DNA from: an uncultured delta proteobacterium
Lineage (GTDB): Bacteria > Desulfobacterota > Binatia > UBA9968
DNA length: 64,000 nt
Reading direction: 5' to 3'
Assembly: GCA_963816145.1 (NCBI GenBank)
Contig: CAWFJP010000023.1
Span: 20,156-84,155 of the forward strand
The position numbers and the translations under genes are program-made. Below are positions 22,432 through 32,227 of the stretch, one piece after another (within the stretch, counting starts at the first letter, position 1; each line of letters starts with the position of its first letter). The notes under the pieces are model-generated. The model ran no database searches. It was not told the DNA's origin and worked only from the letters and a program-made list of their open reading frames with translations.

Positions 22432-22446
22432 GCACCGCAAATGCCA
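22432..22446 (-). promoter_or_regulatory. Sigma-54 -24/-12 promoter candidate
   Basis: Minus strand TGGCATTTGCGGTGC (GG-N10-GC) upstream of the receiver gene. Confidence 0.5.
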
Positions 22447-22857
22447 GACCAGGTCGCGAGCGTGCTGATTTTCGTTCTGGCACGCGATTGCGCTCCGAAC
22501 CACCAGTCCGCAATATCTGCCAACCCCTTATATTCAACGGCGCTTATGCCAAGTACCGACAGCTGATTAAAGCGTGGCAAGCGCAACTGTTGGATTCTCG
22601 CCCAACCCGGAGAGACCGCAGGTATTTTGGCGGGCACACAGCGAGACGGATCGCGGATCGTCAAACTTTGCGAGAGGACACGTGGAGAGTGGCCGCCTAA
22701 TGAGTCTCAAGTCTTGGCTCGAACTCTTAGCTAAAACGGACACGTGACGAATCTCGACCGCCAGAATTGTCAGTGCGGCGATGACTCAGGCGAAGACACG
22801 AAATCCTTGCCGAGACTGACGCTGCTCGCGCAAAGCCGCCAAGTTTCACCGGATGAA

Positions 22858-23193
22858 CTGCCAGACGAGAAAGCGCGCAAAGCCGGACTCTCGCCGAAGT
22901 GCATACTGAAAGCCGATAAAGACAGCGGTCGGATTGTCATCGATAGCGAAACGACGCTAACCGGCATCCCACCCGAAGCTTGGGATTACCGACTCGGCAA
23001 CCGCTCAGCGCTCGAATGGATTCTCGACCAGTACAAAGAAAAGAAACCGAAGGACCCGACGATCCGCGAAAAGTTCAACACCTACCGATTCGCCGACTAC
23101 AAAGAAAAAGTAATCGATTTGTTAATGCGCGTAACCACCGTGAGCGTCAAGACCGTTTCCGTGATCGACGCGATGAAACGCGCTTCTCGCTGA
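22858..23193 (+). pseudogene. C-terminal fragment of a type ISP restriction-modification enzyme
   Basis: GIPPEAWDYRLGNRSALEWILDQYKEKKPKDPTIREKFNTYRFADYKEKVIDLLMRVTTVSV is typical of the type ISP C-terminus; upstream portion absent. Confidence 0.8.
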
Positions 23194-23445
23194 TTAGCAA
23201 CTATACGTTCAAAGCATCTGGGATGTTCACTGCCTGACCTCTGTTTAGAGATAGAGCGGCGGACGGCCCTTGCCGGTGATCACGTCAGTCTGGCGGATGG
23301 CTATCATTTACGCCGAGGCCGCAACGAGAAATGGATTGGCGGAAGTGCTTGAATGGAATTGGCTAACGATAACGAGGATCGAGTAATAAGAGTCGAGGGG
23401 GAATCGATCTCCCCCTCGACTCTCCACCCTCGTCACTTCTCCCGG

Positions 23446-23673
23446 TCAGACCAATAAACGTTTTTGCCGAAGACGTCCGCGATAGTGCCTGCCACTTCGC
23501 CTGCGCCATCGGCTTCCCAGAGCGGCGGCTCCTGTGCCCGCCGCGCCAACAGTGGCGATCATCAGGAAGAAGGGAACCACGAAGCACAACGTTACGGCTA
23601 ACAAAACTATAACGAACAAATTATGAACCGTGGGGCCCATCAACGCAGTGATGGGGTGGAATATTGCAGTCAT
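23446..23673 (-). CDS. Small membrane protein, hypothetical
   Basis: One TM helix plus basic tail; starts 7 nt after the upstream gene stop. Confidence 0.45.
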   Translation of the reverse strand: MTAIFHPITALMGPTVHNLFVIVLLAVTLCFVVPFFLMIATVGAAGTGAAALGSRWRRRSGRHYRGRLRQKRLLV

Positions 23674-23680
23674 GGCATCA

Positions 23681-25369
23681 CTATCTTAGCGTGATCTTCA
23701 TGCCGGCAGGTCCGACGCTCAATTGCGTGCCGGACTCCTGGCCTTCGTTTTTCAGGATCACGATGGTCACGCCCCGTTCATTTTTCATCGACATGGCGCT
23801 GGCTCCTCCGGCGATGGCAAAGGTCGCCTGGCTTGCCGCGTAGCTGCCGGTCAAATCCCCCGGGCTCCTCAGATCGTAAACTTTCCCAGCGCCGGTATAA
23901 GTCGAGACACCGATGTCCGCCAGGCTCATGCCCGAAATCGAGAACGGATAGCTCCTTCCCTGAAAGTTAAGCGTGCCCTCGCCCGAACTCCCGCCTACTC
24001 CCAAGGCCACGGTTCTCAGAGTCAGTGTGACCAGCCCCGACGGCAGTCTTTCGTCGGGCTTCTTGTAATCCGGATAGGTCTCCACCCAACTGAACAACTG
24101 TGCTTCGGCGCGATCATGAATCTGCCAGCCCCGGCTCTGGATTTCTTTTCGCGCCCGCGGGCTCAGCGTGCCGGTGAGCCAGATTTGTTTTTCCTTGACC
24201 CCCGGCAATGCGTTCACCAACTTATTCCCCGCCGTTATCATCTGCGCCATCGGTTCGGTCCAGGCCACATAGTCCGCCGGGAAATTGACCACCAACGCAC
24301 CATTGGTGGCGCGGCTCACGGCGAATTGTCCGAGGGGGATGAAATTTGCCAAGGGCGCCACCGACTTGTTGTAACCGGCATACATTTGCGCTTGGCGCTG
24401 GCGGAAGAATGCGATCATCGGGTTCTGGGTCGCCAGCGACAACCGAATCAATGCGCCACGGTCCGCCACGCCGTTCATCTCGCCCAATGCATGAACCATA
24501 AGGGTCTGCTCGCGCGGCGAAAAAACCGTGTTGTTTATATACGTGTCAGCGATCTCGGGATGGACTCCCATGGCAAGGAGTTTTTCGGTATTCATCTTGC
24601 GCAGCGCCACCGGCGGGGTGGTTTGGAAGATCTGGTTCAACAGTTTGTTGGTGCCGATGACGGTCATGGCGACACCGGCGCCGCCCGGCACCGCCGCCAT
24701 CGCTGCCGACCAGGTTAGTGATCCCGCATAGCCGGCCCATGAGATCTTGTTCAACATGTCCTGCAGCTTCTGGTTGTCCGAATAAACATCGACGTCGAAC
24801 TGATAAGCGTACTCCCGTTTGGTCGTCGAGAATCCAATGGCGTCTTTGATGCGCGCATCCTCGGACGCGCTGCGGTCGGCGCCAAACAGGCTTTCGCCGA
24901 CCCTGGAAAAGGCCGCGCCCAAACCCTGCACCGCGCCGCTCACGGTCTTCACTGGGCTGGTGATCAGACTGAGAGCGCTGGTCATGGCGTCGAGCCCGCC
25001 CTCTTTAATGGAATCGACGTATTCCTTGCTGCCCTGGACCTTCTCCATCACGACCATGGCGTTAATCTCGCCGATGCGCTTCCTCAACATGGCGGTGGAA
25101 ATGGCCGTGAAGGTGCCGAACTTGGAATCGATCTGGTAGGTGTTTAAAAAGCCGTCGTTGGTAACTCGCTCCTGGACCCGATGATTCGGTCCGGACAAAA
25201 GCTCGGGTGGCAAAATCTTTGACGCGCTGAGCACCGGCGCGGTCTCATAGGGCTGCTGGGCAAAAGCCGGTGTGACGGCTGCCAAAAGTAATCCCATCGC
25301 TACGGCGCTAATTAATCTCCATAACGGCTTGCGCAAGTTAAATCTCGGGTCGGTATTTTTGCTATTCAT
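23681..25369 (-). CDS. Exported protein with C-terminal EipA/DUF1134-like beta domain
   Basis: Signal ending AFA; C-terminus VALGVGGSSGEGTLNFQGRSYPFSISGMSL.DIG...GKVYDL...M.NE.GV.I. Confidence 0.75.
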   Translation of the reverse strand: MNSKNTDPRFNLRKPLWRLISAVAMGLLLAAVTPAFAQQPYETAPVLSASKILPPELLSGPNHRVQERVTNDGFLNTYQIDSKFGTFTAISTAMLRKRIGEINAMVVMEKVQGSKEYVDSIKEGGLDAMTSALSLITSPVKTVSGAVQGLGAAFSRVGESLFGADRSASEDARIKDAIGFSTTKREYAYQFDVDVYSDNQKLQDMLNKISWAGYAGSLTWSAAMAAVPGGAGVAMTVIGTNKLLNQIFQTTPPVALRKMNTEKLLAMGVHPEIADTYINNTVFSPREQTLMVHALGEMNGVADRGALIRLSLATQNPMIAFFRQRQAQMYAGYNKSVAPLANFIPLGQFAVSRATNGALVVNFPADYVAWTEPMAQMITAGNKLVNALPGVKEKQIWLTGTLSPRARKEIQSRGWQIHDRAEAQLFSWVETYPDYKKPDERLPSGLVTLTLRTVALGVGGSSGEGTLNFQGRSYPFSISGMSLADIGVSTYTGAGKVYDLRSPGDLTGSYAASQATFAIAGGASAMSMKNERGVTIVILKNEGQESGTQLSVGPAGMKITLR

Positions 25370-25640
25370 TCGTCTATCCCCCGTTTCATTTTACATTGAG
25401 TAATAGGTTTCAACCTGAATCCAATATGGCAACTTTTCAGCGTTACTATTTGTTCCTTTGACACTCGACCGGCACCACTTAGCCGCGGTGTTTGCAACAC
25501 GACGCGTCCCGACCCGCAAATCTCCCTACAAGCAAGTTAGAATTGGCGGCAGCAGACGCGCGACAGAGCTAACGGATCTTCAACCCGATTGGTCAGACGA
25601 TTTCATCGAAGAGAATTAGGGATGCGTTGTATTAGACCTT

Positions 25641-25660
25641 AGAGTGACCTCGGTCCATTA
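25641..25660. promoter_or_regulatory. Degenerate operator-like site
   Basis: AGAGTGACCTCGGTCCATTA with overlapping half-site TATTAGACCTTAG at 25630. Confidence 0.35.
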
Positions 25661-25696
25661 CTTGTCGGCGCTTAAATCATTTTTTTGAAACTTAAC

Positions 25697-25925
25697 GAGA
25701 GTCGAGAAAAAGAATGTCGAGTGATCTTCCCCCTCGACACCCGACTCTCTTCCCTCGACACTGAACACTGATTGCGCTCTTCCACCAACACGTCCCTCAA
25801 CACTCGACACTTTTCCACAGGAGCAAACAGAGGCAACGAAGTTCGTCCCAAAAAATCCATCTCTGTTATCTCCGTTACCTCCTGTTAGTTTTTCCATCCC
25901 GTCGACACTCGACCCTCGACACTTT
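25697..25925. repeat. Cluster of 7-bp periodic repeats plus ACAGGAG...CTCCTGT inverted repeat
   Basis: CCCTCGACAC/CTCGACA units and ACAGGAGCAAACAGAGGCAAC...CTCTGTTATCTCCGTTACCTCCTGT. Confidence 0.8.
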
Positions 25926-26375
25926 TTATTTCATCCTCACGAAGTACACATCATAACGCTGCTGCTCGACCGCCTGAAAATAGATTCCCCGGAGTTGGTC
26001 GGGCTCCCAATCGTAGGTCAGCGTGTAAGTGCTGCCGGGGTAATTCGGCGCGCGCAGCTCGACGAAGACCTTCACTGTCGAGCCATCGCGTGACGCATCA
26101 GCTTTGGCGATGTTGATCGGCTTGGGGTTGAGATAGACCGCGTCGATTTTGCCGTTGGCATCGACAGCCTTGATCTCCAAAATGTAACCGCCGTCGGGCC
26201 GGACCCAGCGGCCGTTCAGCGCGTCGAAATCATTGCCGCCTCCGCGCAAAAACGCAGCGGCGGCAGCGATCCCAACCAGCAGCACGAGCGTGATAGCGAT
26301 AAAAAGTTTGCCTCGCCCGCCCGACTTGGCGCGAGGGTCGGGAATTCGCAATGTCTTGTGCTTAGTCTTGCTCAT
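25926..26375 (-). CDS. Membrane-anchored conserved hypothetical protein
   Basis: TM helix then GRWVRPDGGYILEI...YLNP.PIN...ELRAPNYPGSTYTL.Y. Confidence 0.8.
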   Translation of the reverse strand: MSKTKHKTLRIPDPRAKSGGRGKLFIAITLVLLVGIAAAAAFLRGGGNDFDALNGRWVRPDGGYILEIKAVDANGKIDAVYLNPKPINIAKADASRDGSTVKVFVELRAPNYPGSTYTLTYDWEPDQLRGIYFQAVEQQRYDVYFVRMK

Positions 26376-26440
26376 CGGTCGTCATGCCCACAGTGAAGGC
26401 TTGAGTGAAAAAATCATAAACCCTTTCTCACCACAGAGTG

Positions 26441-26636
26441 TTCATGAGCTTATGCTCGTCTACAGAGTATGAAATTGCCCGGTACCCCGCCACAGGTTCT
26501 TTCATTGATCCGTCATGCCGGCACAGGCCGGCATCCAGGGGCGGGAAGGGATGGATACCGGCTTTCGCCGGTATGACGAAACCTTCGTGCCAAGTCGTGG
26601 CCCGGAGCCTACCTGCACATGTATTTTCGAAGGAGG
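26441..26636. mobile_element. Non-coding structured insertion interrupting a CACAGAG 9-bp periodic repeat, carrying a nested REP-like hairpin
   Basis: Removing TTCATG...GAAGGAGG restores CACAGAG-TG-CACAGAG-CT-CACAGAG; nested GTCATGCCGGCACAGGCCGGCATCC...GGATACCGGCTTTCGCCGGTATGAC at 26512-26577. Confidence 0.55.
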
Positions 26637-26928
26637 CACAGAGCTCACAGAGTTCAGAATAATTTCCAATCGAAACCGCTTCACGCCGCACCCCCGCGGT
26701 GATTCGTCGGGAAACCTGATAGCCGGCGATCCTATAGAGGCGGGCGACTCATCCTGGATCGCCCGCCTTACAGGTCAGCAAAACGCCATCGGCTGCTTAC
26801 TTGGCCGATTGATACTTGTGATTACCTTAATTTGAGATTGATCCCTCATGGGCTCGCCGTGAGCTGCGTCCGTGACTCTTGCGATACCAGCGAGATGACC
26901 ACGCCTTTGGCGTTGGTCATGGTTAAAT

Positions 26929-27210
26929 CTCCGTTAACTCCGTTCCCTCTTGTAAAAACATTCGTTCCGTTAAACTCTTTTCATTGAACAGGAGGAAACA
27001 GAGAAACCGGAGTTTTTTAAATCCGTCTCTGTAATCTCCCTTCGCTCCTGTTCAAGTCTCTTCTCTGCGCGTTATCTGACGCTCGTCACTTCTTTACACG
27101 AGACAACAGAGGAAACCGAGGTTTGTGAAAAAATTCTCCGTTCACTCTGTTTGCTCCTGTTAAAGTCCCCATCCTTTGTCACTCGACACTCGACACTCGT
27201 CCCTCGACCC
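26929..27210. repeat. Tandem ACAGGAG/ACAGAG...CTCTGT/CTCCTGT inverted repeats and 7-bp repeats
   Basis: TTGAACAGGAGGAAACAGAG...CTCTGTAATCTCCCTTCGCTCCTGTTCAA at 26985-27055; second copy 27094-27163; CTCGACA repeats. Confidence 0.8.
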
Positions 27211-27213
27211 TTC

Positions 27214-28593
27214 TTAGAACACCATCTGCATGCGCAGACCGAGGATCGTTGCCGTGCCGATGCTTTTCCGGCTCGATATAAAGGGGATTCCGATGGGGCC
27301 GGGAGCGGTGCCGATGGTGATTTTCTCTTTCTGTGCCCCTCGGACAACTTGGATGTCCGGTGTCAATTGTAGCCACGGCGTTATTGCGAAATTGTAAAAT
27401 GCCTCAAATCCGTACTCATCACGCAACAATTTAGTGTTCTGAAACGGACGGCGGAGGTCAGGATTGTTGACATCCATGTAATAGAAACCGAAGCCGTAGC
27501 GATCGTCTGCGCGAGTAGGAATAACACCTTTACCACCGATCCCCAGGCTGTAGAAAAAGTGCATGAAGTTAGGATTGCCATCCGACGCGCCGAAGCGACC
27601 GAAGACACCGATTCCTTCACCGGAGCCTTTTTTCGGCTCATAAAAATACTGGTCGAAGTTGTAATGGATGTTCCAAGAACCTTTCTTCCCCTCGAAGGCT
27701 CCGTTCTCGAACATGAAGCGCGCGTTCTGATCGATCGAAGTGAATGTCCGGTTGGAAAAAAGCGCCCCGAAAAGCTGGTGCCCGGTAAGCCCAAAAAAAT
27801 CGGTCCTCAAACGCCCCTCGCCGATAAACGTCAAGTTGTTGCCGTCAAGATCTTCGAAGCCGCTGGTGCTGGCTTTTCCGGTGGCTGAAAGAACCATAAA
27901 ACTCACGATCGCTTGAGTTGGATCTTTCGTTGGCAACGCGATGAATCCGGTGCCCAACGTCGAATAGGGCACCGTCGTCAGCAACACCGGATTGATATTA
28001 AACGCGAGGTTCATGAATTGGGTATCGCCCTTGCCGTGGGCAAACTCATTCATGTCGCCGCTATTGCTCGTGATCGTAGCGTACTTGCCGATCGTCAAGC
28101 CGAAATAAGGGGAAAGAAATTGGCTGAAGTTTAACGCCGGCAGGTTAAAGTTGTCACCGGCGGGGGTGGGATAAAACTGGCTGCTGTTGACCGGCATGAG
28201 CGCGCCGGACCTGCCGTTGATCGATTTGAGCAAACTATCGGCCGGTATGAAATTGCCCTCGGCTTCGACGGTGAGAAATCCGCCGGGCCACAAGCCAAGT
28301 TTTCCGGTGTCGAGCAGGAGATTGATGTCACCGCGCCCGCCGCCGTACTGCCAGCCGGTGTCCTTGCCGCCATGGACGATGCCTTGGGCGGCCTGGGTCA
28401 GGCTCATATCGAGGGTCACGCCCTTGGCGGCCAACTCGTTGCGCAGGCCGAACCAGTCGCCGCTGAGCGTCGAGCGCGACCAGATATCCCCTGAGTACGG
28501 GGTTGGTTCCGGCGCCTCGCCAGCGTGAAGTTGCGCGCCCAGCACAAAACTTAGCGCCAAGGCAAAGGCTACGACTATTCTCGCTAAAATCAT
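27214..28593 (-). CDS. Carbohydrate-selective porin, OprB family
   Basis: LSGDWFGLR..LA.KGV, LDT.KLGLWPGG, TQFMNLAF, YNFDQY, GFEAFYNFAITPWLQLTPDIQ, terminal Phe. Confidence 0.88.
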   Translation of the reverse strand: MILARIVVAFALALSFVLGAQLHAGEAPEPTPYSGDIWSRSTLSGDWFGLRNELAAKGVTLDMSLTQAAQGIVHGGKDTGWQYGGGRGDINLLLDTGKLGLWPGGFLTVEAEGNFIPADSLLKSINGRSGALMPVNSSQFYPTPAGDNFNLPALNFSQFLSPYFGLTIGKYATITSNSGDMNEFAHGKGDTQFMNLAFNINPVLLTTVPYSTLGTGFIALPTKDPTQAIVSFMVLSATGKASTSGFEDLDGNNLTFIGEGRLRTDFFGLTGHQLFGALFSNRTFTSIDQNARFMFENGAFEGKKGSWNIHYNFDQYFYEPKKGSGEGIGVFGRFGASDGNPNFMHFFYSLGIGGKGVIPTRADDRYGFGFYYMDVNNPDLRRPFQNTKLLRDEYGFEAFYNFAITPWLQLTPDIQVVRGAQKEKITIGTAPGPIGIPFISSRKSIGTATILGLRMQMVF

Positions 28594-28738
28594 CTCGTTT
28601 TCTCCAAACCTATTTTCATCTTTCAGTTCCGCCGCAGCGATTTTGTCTCCATGGCCATCGGTTTTTCGCCTTTGCCGTCAACCCGATTGCCGCCTTGCTC
28701 GCGAACGATGGCATCGCGACTTATCCGTGAATCTGATT

Positions 28739-29374
28739 TCACGGCCGATTCATCTCCTGGAACTGGCGCTGGTTTTGCGTCGCGATATCCTCAAGTTGTT
28801 CATAATTGAGCGCCAGCGTTTCGCAGTTCGAGATCAGCGTCGGCCAATCAACGTTGGCGCTCGCAACCAGCGCCAGATTAGTCGCCAGCGACTTTCGCAC
28901 ACTGCCGTCCTGATCCCAAAACGAGCCGAACGAGTTCGAGAAAGTATTGATGATATAATTGACGAATGACTGCATGCCTTTGAGCCCGCTTTCGATATTT
29001 ACCTGGCCCGCTTTCCGGTCGCCTTGCTTTGCCTGGGTAAGTCCGAGGTATAAGCGCGCGAGATTATCCCCTTTATGCTGCGCCAGGGCTTGCTGCAGCG
29101 TCGCCTGGGCTGCGGGAAGCTGGCCGGTAAGGTATTGAGCTCTGCCGAGATAACTCAAAACCCCTTCGCGGAGCTCAGTGCCATAGATATAGTTCGGGCT
29201 GATTTGCGCAGCGCTCTCAAAGTCGCCCAACGCGGCTTGAGTATTACCCATAAACAGCGCTTGCCTGCCGCGGGTGATATCGCTGCCACCTTGAAAACTC
29301 GCACCGCAACCCGACAGTAGGGCAACCAATAAGACTATCGACAGATGACCCAGAACACTCATTGTTCGCTTCAT
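28739..29374 (-). CDS. TPR-containing lipoprotein
   Basis: Lipobox LSGC; TPR-like YLGRAQY..G...A...L.QAL and ARLYLGL. Confidence 0.8.
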   Translation of the reverse strand: MKRTMSVLGHLSIVLLVALLSGCGASFQGGSDITRGRQALFMGNTQAALGDFESAAQISPNYIYGTELREGVLSYLGRAQYLTGQLPAAQATLQQALAQHKGDNLARLYLGLTQAKQGDRKAGQVNIESGLKGMQSFVNYIINTFSNSFGSFWDQDGSVRKSLATNLALVASANVDWPTLISNCETLALNYEQLEDIATQNQRQFQEMNRP

Positions 29375-29633
29375 GACTTCACCTCTTCTCCAGGTTTTGT
29401 TTCCAGGTATCGGTTGTCCGAGGCCAAAGCGCCCGCACCGGGCGCATTCTGCCTCCGGCTACTGAAGCCTGGAAACCGTCAATATTTGTTATCCCTCACC
29501 TCGCCGTCATTTCGGACACAGGAACTGTATCTGAAAGCGCAAAAATCGTCAGCCGGCTCATGCTCAACTGCCTTGCCGAAACCTCGACCTTGTTTCGACT
29601 CAATTCCATATACCGAAAAATCGATTATTCCCC

Positions 29634-29653
29634 TATTGGACTTTAGTCCAATA
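29634..29653. promoter_or_regulatory. Palindromic operator-like site TATTGGACTTTAGTCCAATA
   Basis: Perfect 8-4-8 palindrome ~260 nt upstream of the TPR lipoprotein/porin unit. Confidence 0.75.
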
Positions 29654-30188
29654 CCCAGCGGCGCGGCAAAATGTCGTATCCGCATGCCGCCGTCGGTCGG
29701 GTGAATACTCTGCTCCGTAAGAAGTTTGACGGACTTGGCAATGGGTATGGGTGCTACGCAGAAAGCTTCGGGGAATCGACCCGCAGGGATTGAACAACTC
29801 TCGGCTACCAGCCGATGGAGTTTGAAAGTATCGGCTTTAAGTCGAATTTCGCTTGATCGTCATGCCCGCGAAAGCCTTCATCCAGGTTCTCGCCTGACCA
29901 TTCCGAAAGAGACCTCGACGCTCGGACGAGGTCGAGCACCGGGATCGCATTCTCAAACGAACCTTCTGGCCGTGTCACTTTTCTGCTGGAGGCAACCATG
30001 GAAACAGCGATTTTAAGAAAACTCTTCGTTATATCCCACTACACCTGTGTGGCACCAAATGTCGAGGGGCTAGTGACAAATGGAAAACCAGAGACACGAA
30101 AAACGGCGAACAAAATCTGGCATTTCCCCTCGACACACCAATCCCGACACCTTTTCCACTCCTCCCTCGACACTCTCTCGCGCACCGA

Positions 30189-30929
30189 TCAGTAAACCAT
30201 TCGCGCTTTGCGCACCTGATCGGCGCGAATCCATCCCTGCTTGGCGAAAAACTCCGAGAGATAGCGCGCGACCTGATCGCCGCTCGTTGCGGCCATTCGA
30301 GCGACATCCGATTTGTAGGTCTTCACGCCTGAGACCGCGGCGTTGGCGACCACCATGCCTGCGGTTACGCCGCCGCTAACGATCGCTCCGGCGCCGAGCA
30401 TGGGCGCCGCGCCGGGCATCTTGCCACTGTCGGATTGAGTGGTGAAAGCGAGCAGCTTGCGACCGTCTGGCCCCTGATAAACTTGAACCTGACTCTCCAC
30501 CGTGGAGGCTCCGTTGCCGAAGCCAACCGCCAAACGACGCAGCGGATTGCCTTCGTCGACGGTCATAAACTGACCGTCGATCAGCAGATCGGTCCCCCCG
30601 GCCTTGGTGTCGCGGCCGACCCGCTCGACGACGAATCCGAGCGGCTTCAAGGCGTCGACAATTTCCTCGGCCAAAGCATCTTTCACTTCCCGCGCCAGAA
30701 CACGCTCCCGCTCGGAAGCGTCTTTGATGGTCGGCTGTTGGCGCATGATGCCCTGGTACTCCTTAACTTCGCCCTCGCTCACGGCGAAGTCGAGAACAAG
30801 TATACGGCTAGGCCGCGGCAGATTGGTATCAGCAACGCGCGCGGCACGGCGAATACCCGTCTGAGCGCAGGCCGCGGTTAAACACAATAGGAGTACGCCG
30901 AAATAACCACCCGTTCGGTTCGCTAACAT
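30189..30929 (-). CDS. DUF4410 family lipoprotein
   Basis: LTAAC lipobox; P.RILV.DF, G.F..VDEGN.LRR..VGFG.G.S, SGKMPGAA, QGWI. Confidence 0.8.
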   Translation of the reverse strand: MLANRTGGYFGVLLLCLTAACAQTGIRRAARVADTNLPRPSRILVLDFAVSEGEVKEYQGIMRQQPTIKDASERERVLAREVKDALAEEIVDALKPLGFVVERVGRDTKAGGTDLLIDGQFMTVDEGNPLRRLAVGFGNGASTVESQVQVYQGPDGRKLLAFTTQSDSGKMPGAAPMLGAGAIVSGGVTAGMVVANAAVSGVKTYKSDVARMAATSGDQVARYLSEFFAKQGWIRADQVRKARMVY

Positions 30930-30954
30930 ACAACACCTCCTCCTCTTGTTTAAC

Positions 30955-31172
30955 GGGTCATCGCGTAATCGAGTGGGCGCTGACTTAATGGCAAATTACT
31001 CTCCCATGGCCGGTTCCTCCCTTTCGCAAAGGGAGGTTAGGAGGGATTTTTCATGGCTTGAAAGATCGTCTTCTGCACAAAATCCCCCCAACCCCCCTTT
31101 TCTAAAGGGGGGTGAAACCTACAAGAACAGCATTTCTCAACAAATTTCACCCACTCGATTACGTGAAGAGCC
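30955..31172. mobile_element. MITE (218 bp), ISL3-like ends, 8-bp target-site duplication
   Basis: 23-bp TIRs GGGTCATCGCGTAATCGAGTGGG / revcomp GGCTCTTCACGTAATCGAGTGGG (20/23 match); TGTTTAAC directly repeated at 30947-30954 and 31173-31180; no transposase. Confidence 0.88.
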
Positions 31173-31264
31173 TGTTTAACTTCCTCAGAGCGACGAACCT
31201 ACGGCATCAAAATGCCACAAAATGGTTAGCTGAAGAAACAAACTCTGCTTGAGCGACGTCAGCG

Positions 31265-32008
31265 CTAACGCGCTTTGGCGGCCGGGCTCGGCGTCCCGGC
31301 TGTTCCGCCGACACCGATCGCGTCTCGGTAGACCATTATTTCGACCCGGCGGTTTTTCGCCCGCCCGGCCTCGGTCTTGTTATCAGCCACCGGGACGCGC
31401 TCGCCGTAGCCCACCGCCATCACCCGGCTCGGGTCGACATCTCTTTCCGCGATCAGAAACGCGGCGATGCTTTCGGCGCGCCGCTTTGACAGCTCATAAT
31501 TGTAGGTTGGCGCGCCGGAGGCATCGGTGTGGCCGGCTATTAGATAGACCAAATTGCCGCCGTCATCGGCCTGCCCCTTAACGTCGCTCAGGAAGCTGTC
31601 GATGTCTTTCTTCGCCTGGTCACTGAACTGAGCTGAGTTGGACGCGAACTGCGGCCCAGCGGTGAAATTCAACACCATTTTTCGTTCGGGCTTGAGCCGC
31701 TGCAAGCTCTCTAACGCAAGATTCGCCTTGGCGTCGGTTTGGCCGACGCGGGCTTCGAGATCGGCGATCTGTTTGGCCATGGTGTTCACCCGGGCGTCGA
31801 CTTGGGTGACCCTGCCGTCCGTCTTAGTCACATTCGCCTCTGTGTCCGAAAGTCGCTTATTGATCGGGAACAGTTGCTCGTTGGTCCAGCTTTGCACCCA
31901 GTCTTGGGTCGCTAGACAGCCCGAGGCGCCCAACATTGCGAAAACACTAAACAGCGGCAGTCCTCGCCGCAAGAAATTGGAATTATGCACAAAGAATCTC
32001 CTCTTCAA
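31265..32008 (-). CDS. OmpA/MotB-domain lipoprotein with N-terminal coiled coil
   Basis: ASGC lipobox; GHTD..G...YN.ELS.RRA, GYGE..PVADN.T.AGRAKNRRVEI. Confidence 0.92.
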   Translation of the reverse strand: MKRRFFVHNSNFLRRGLPLFSVFAMLGASGCLATQDWVQSWTNEQLFPINKRLSDTEANVTKTDGRVTQVDARVNTMAKQIADLEARVGQTDAKANLALESLQRLKPERKMVLNFTAGPQFASNSAQFSDQAKKDIDSFLSDVKGQADDGGNLVYLIAGHTDASGAPTYNYELSKRRAESIAAFLIAERDVDPSRVMAVGYGERVPVADNKTEAGRAKNRRVEIMVYRDAIGVGGTAGTPSPAAKAR

Positions 32009-32227
32009 TTAAATTTTTTCGATCCACTCTTGAAATTGTCGTTATATCTTTCCACAAGCGCCGCGCCGTAACCGATTGCACCAGCGGCACTACAGCACTC
32101 TTCCCTCGCCACTTCCATCTTTACAGGAGGCAACAGAGAAAGCAGAGAGAGTCTTAAAAATTTCTCCGTGATCTCCGTTTGCTCCTGTTAAATCCCTCGA
32201 CAACCGACACTCGACCCTCTTCACTCG

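Noticed and set aside
22478-22491. Plus-strand TGGCACGCGATTGC as a sigma-54 promoter
   Set aside because: GG-GC spacing is 9 rather than 10 nt and no intact gene follows
29479-30016. Small ORFs around the operator at 29634
   Set aside because: No motifs; the region is better explained as a promoter region
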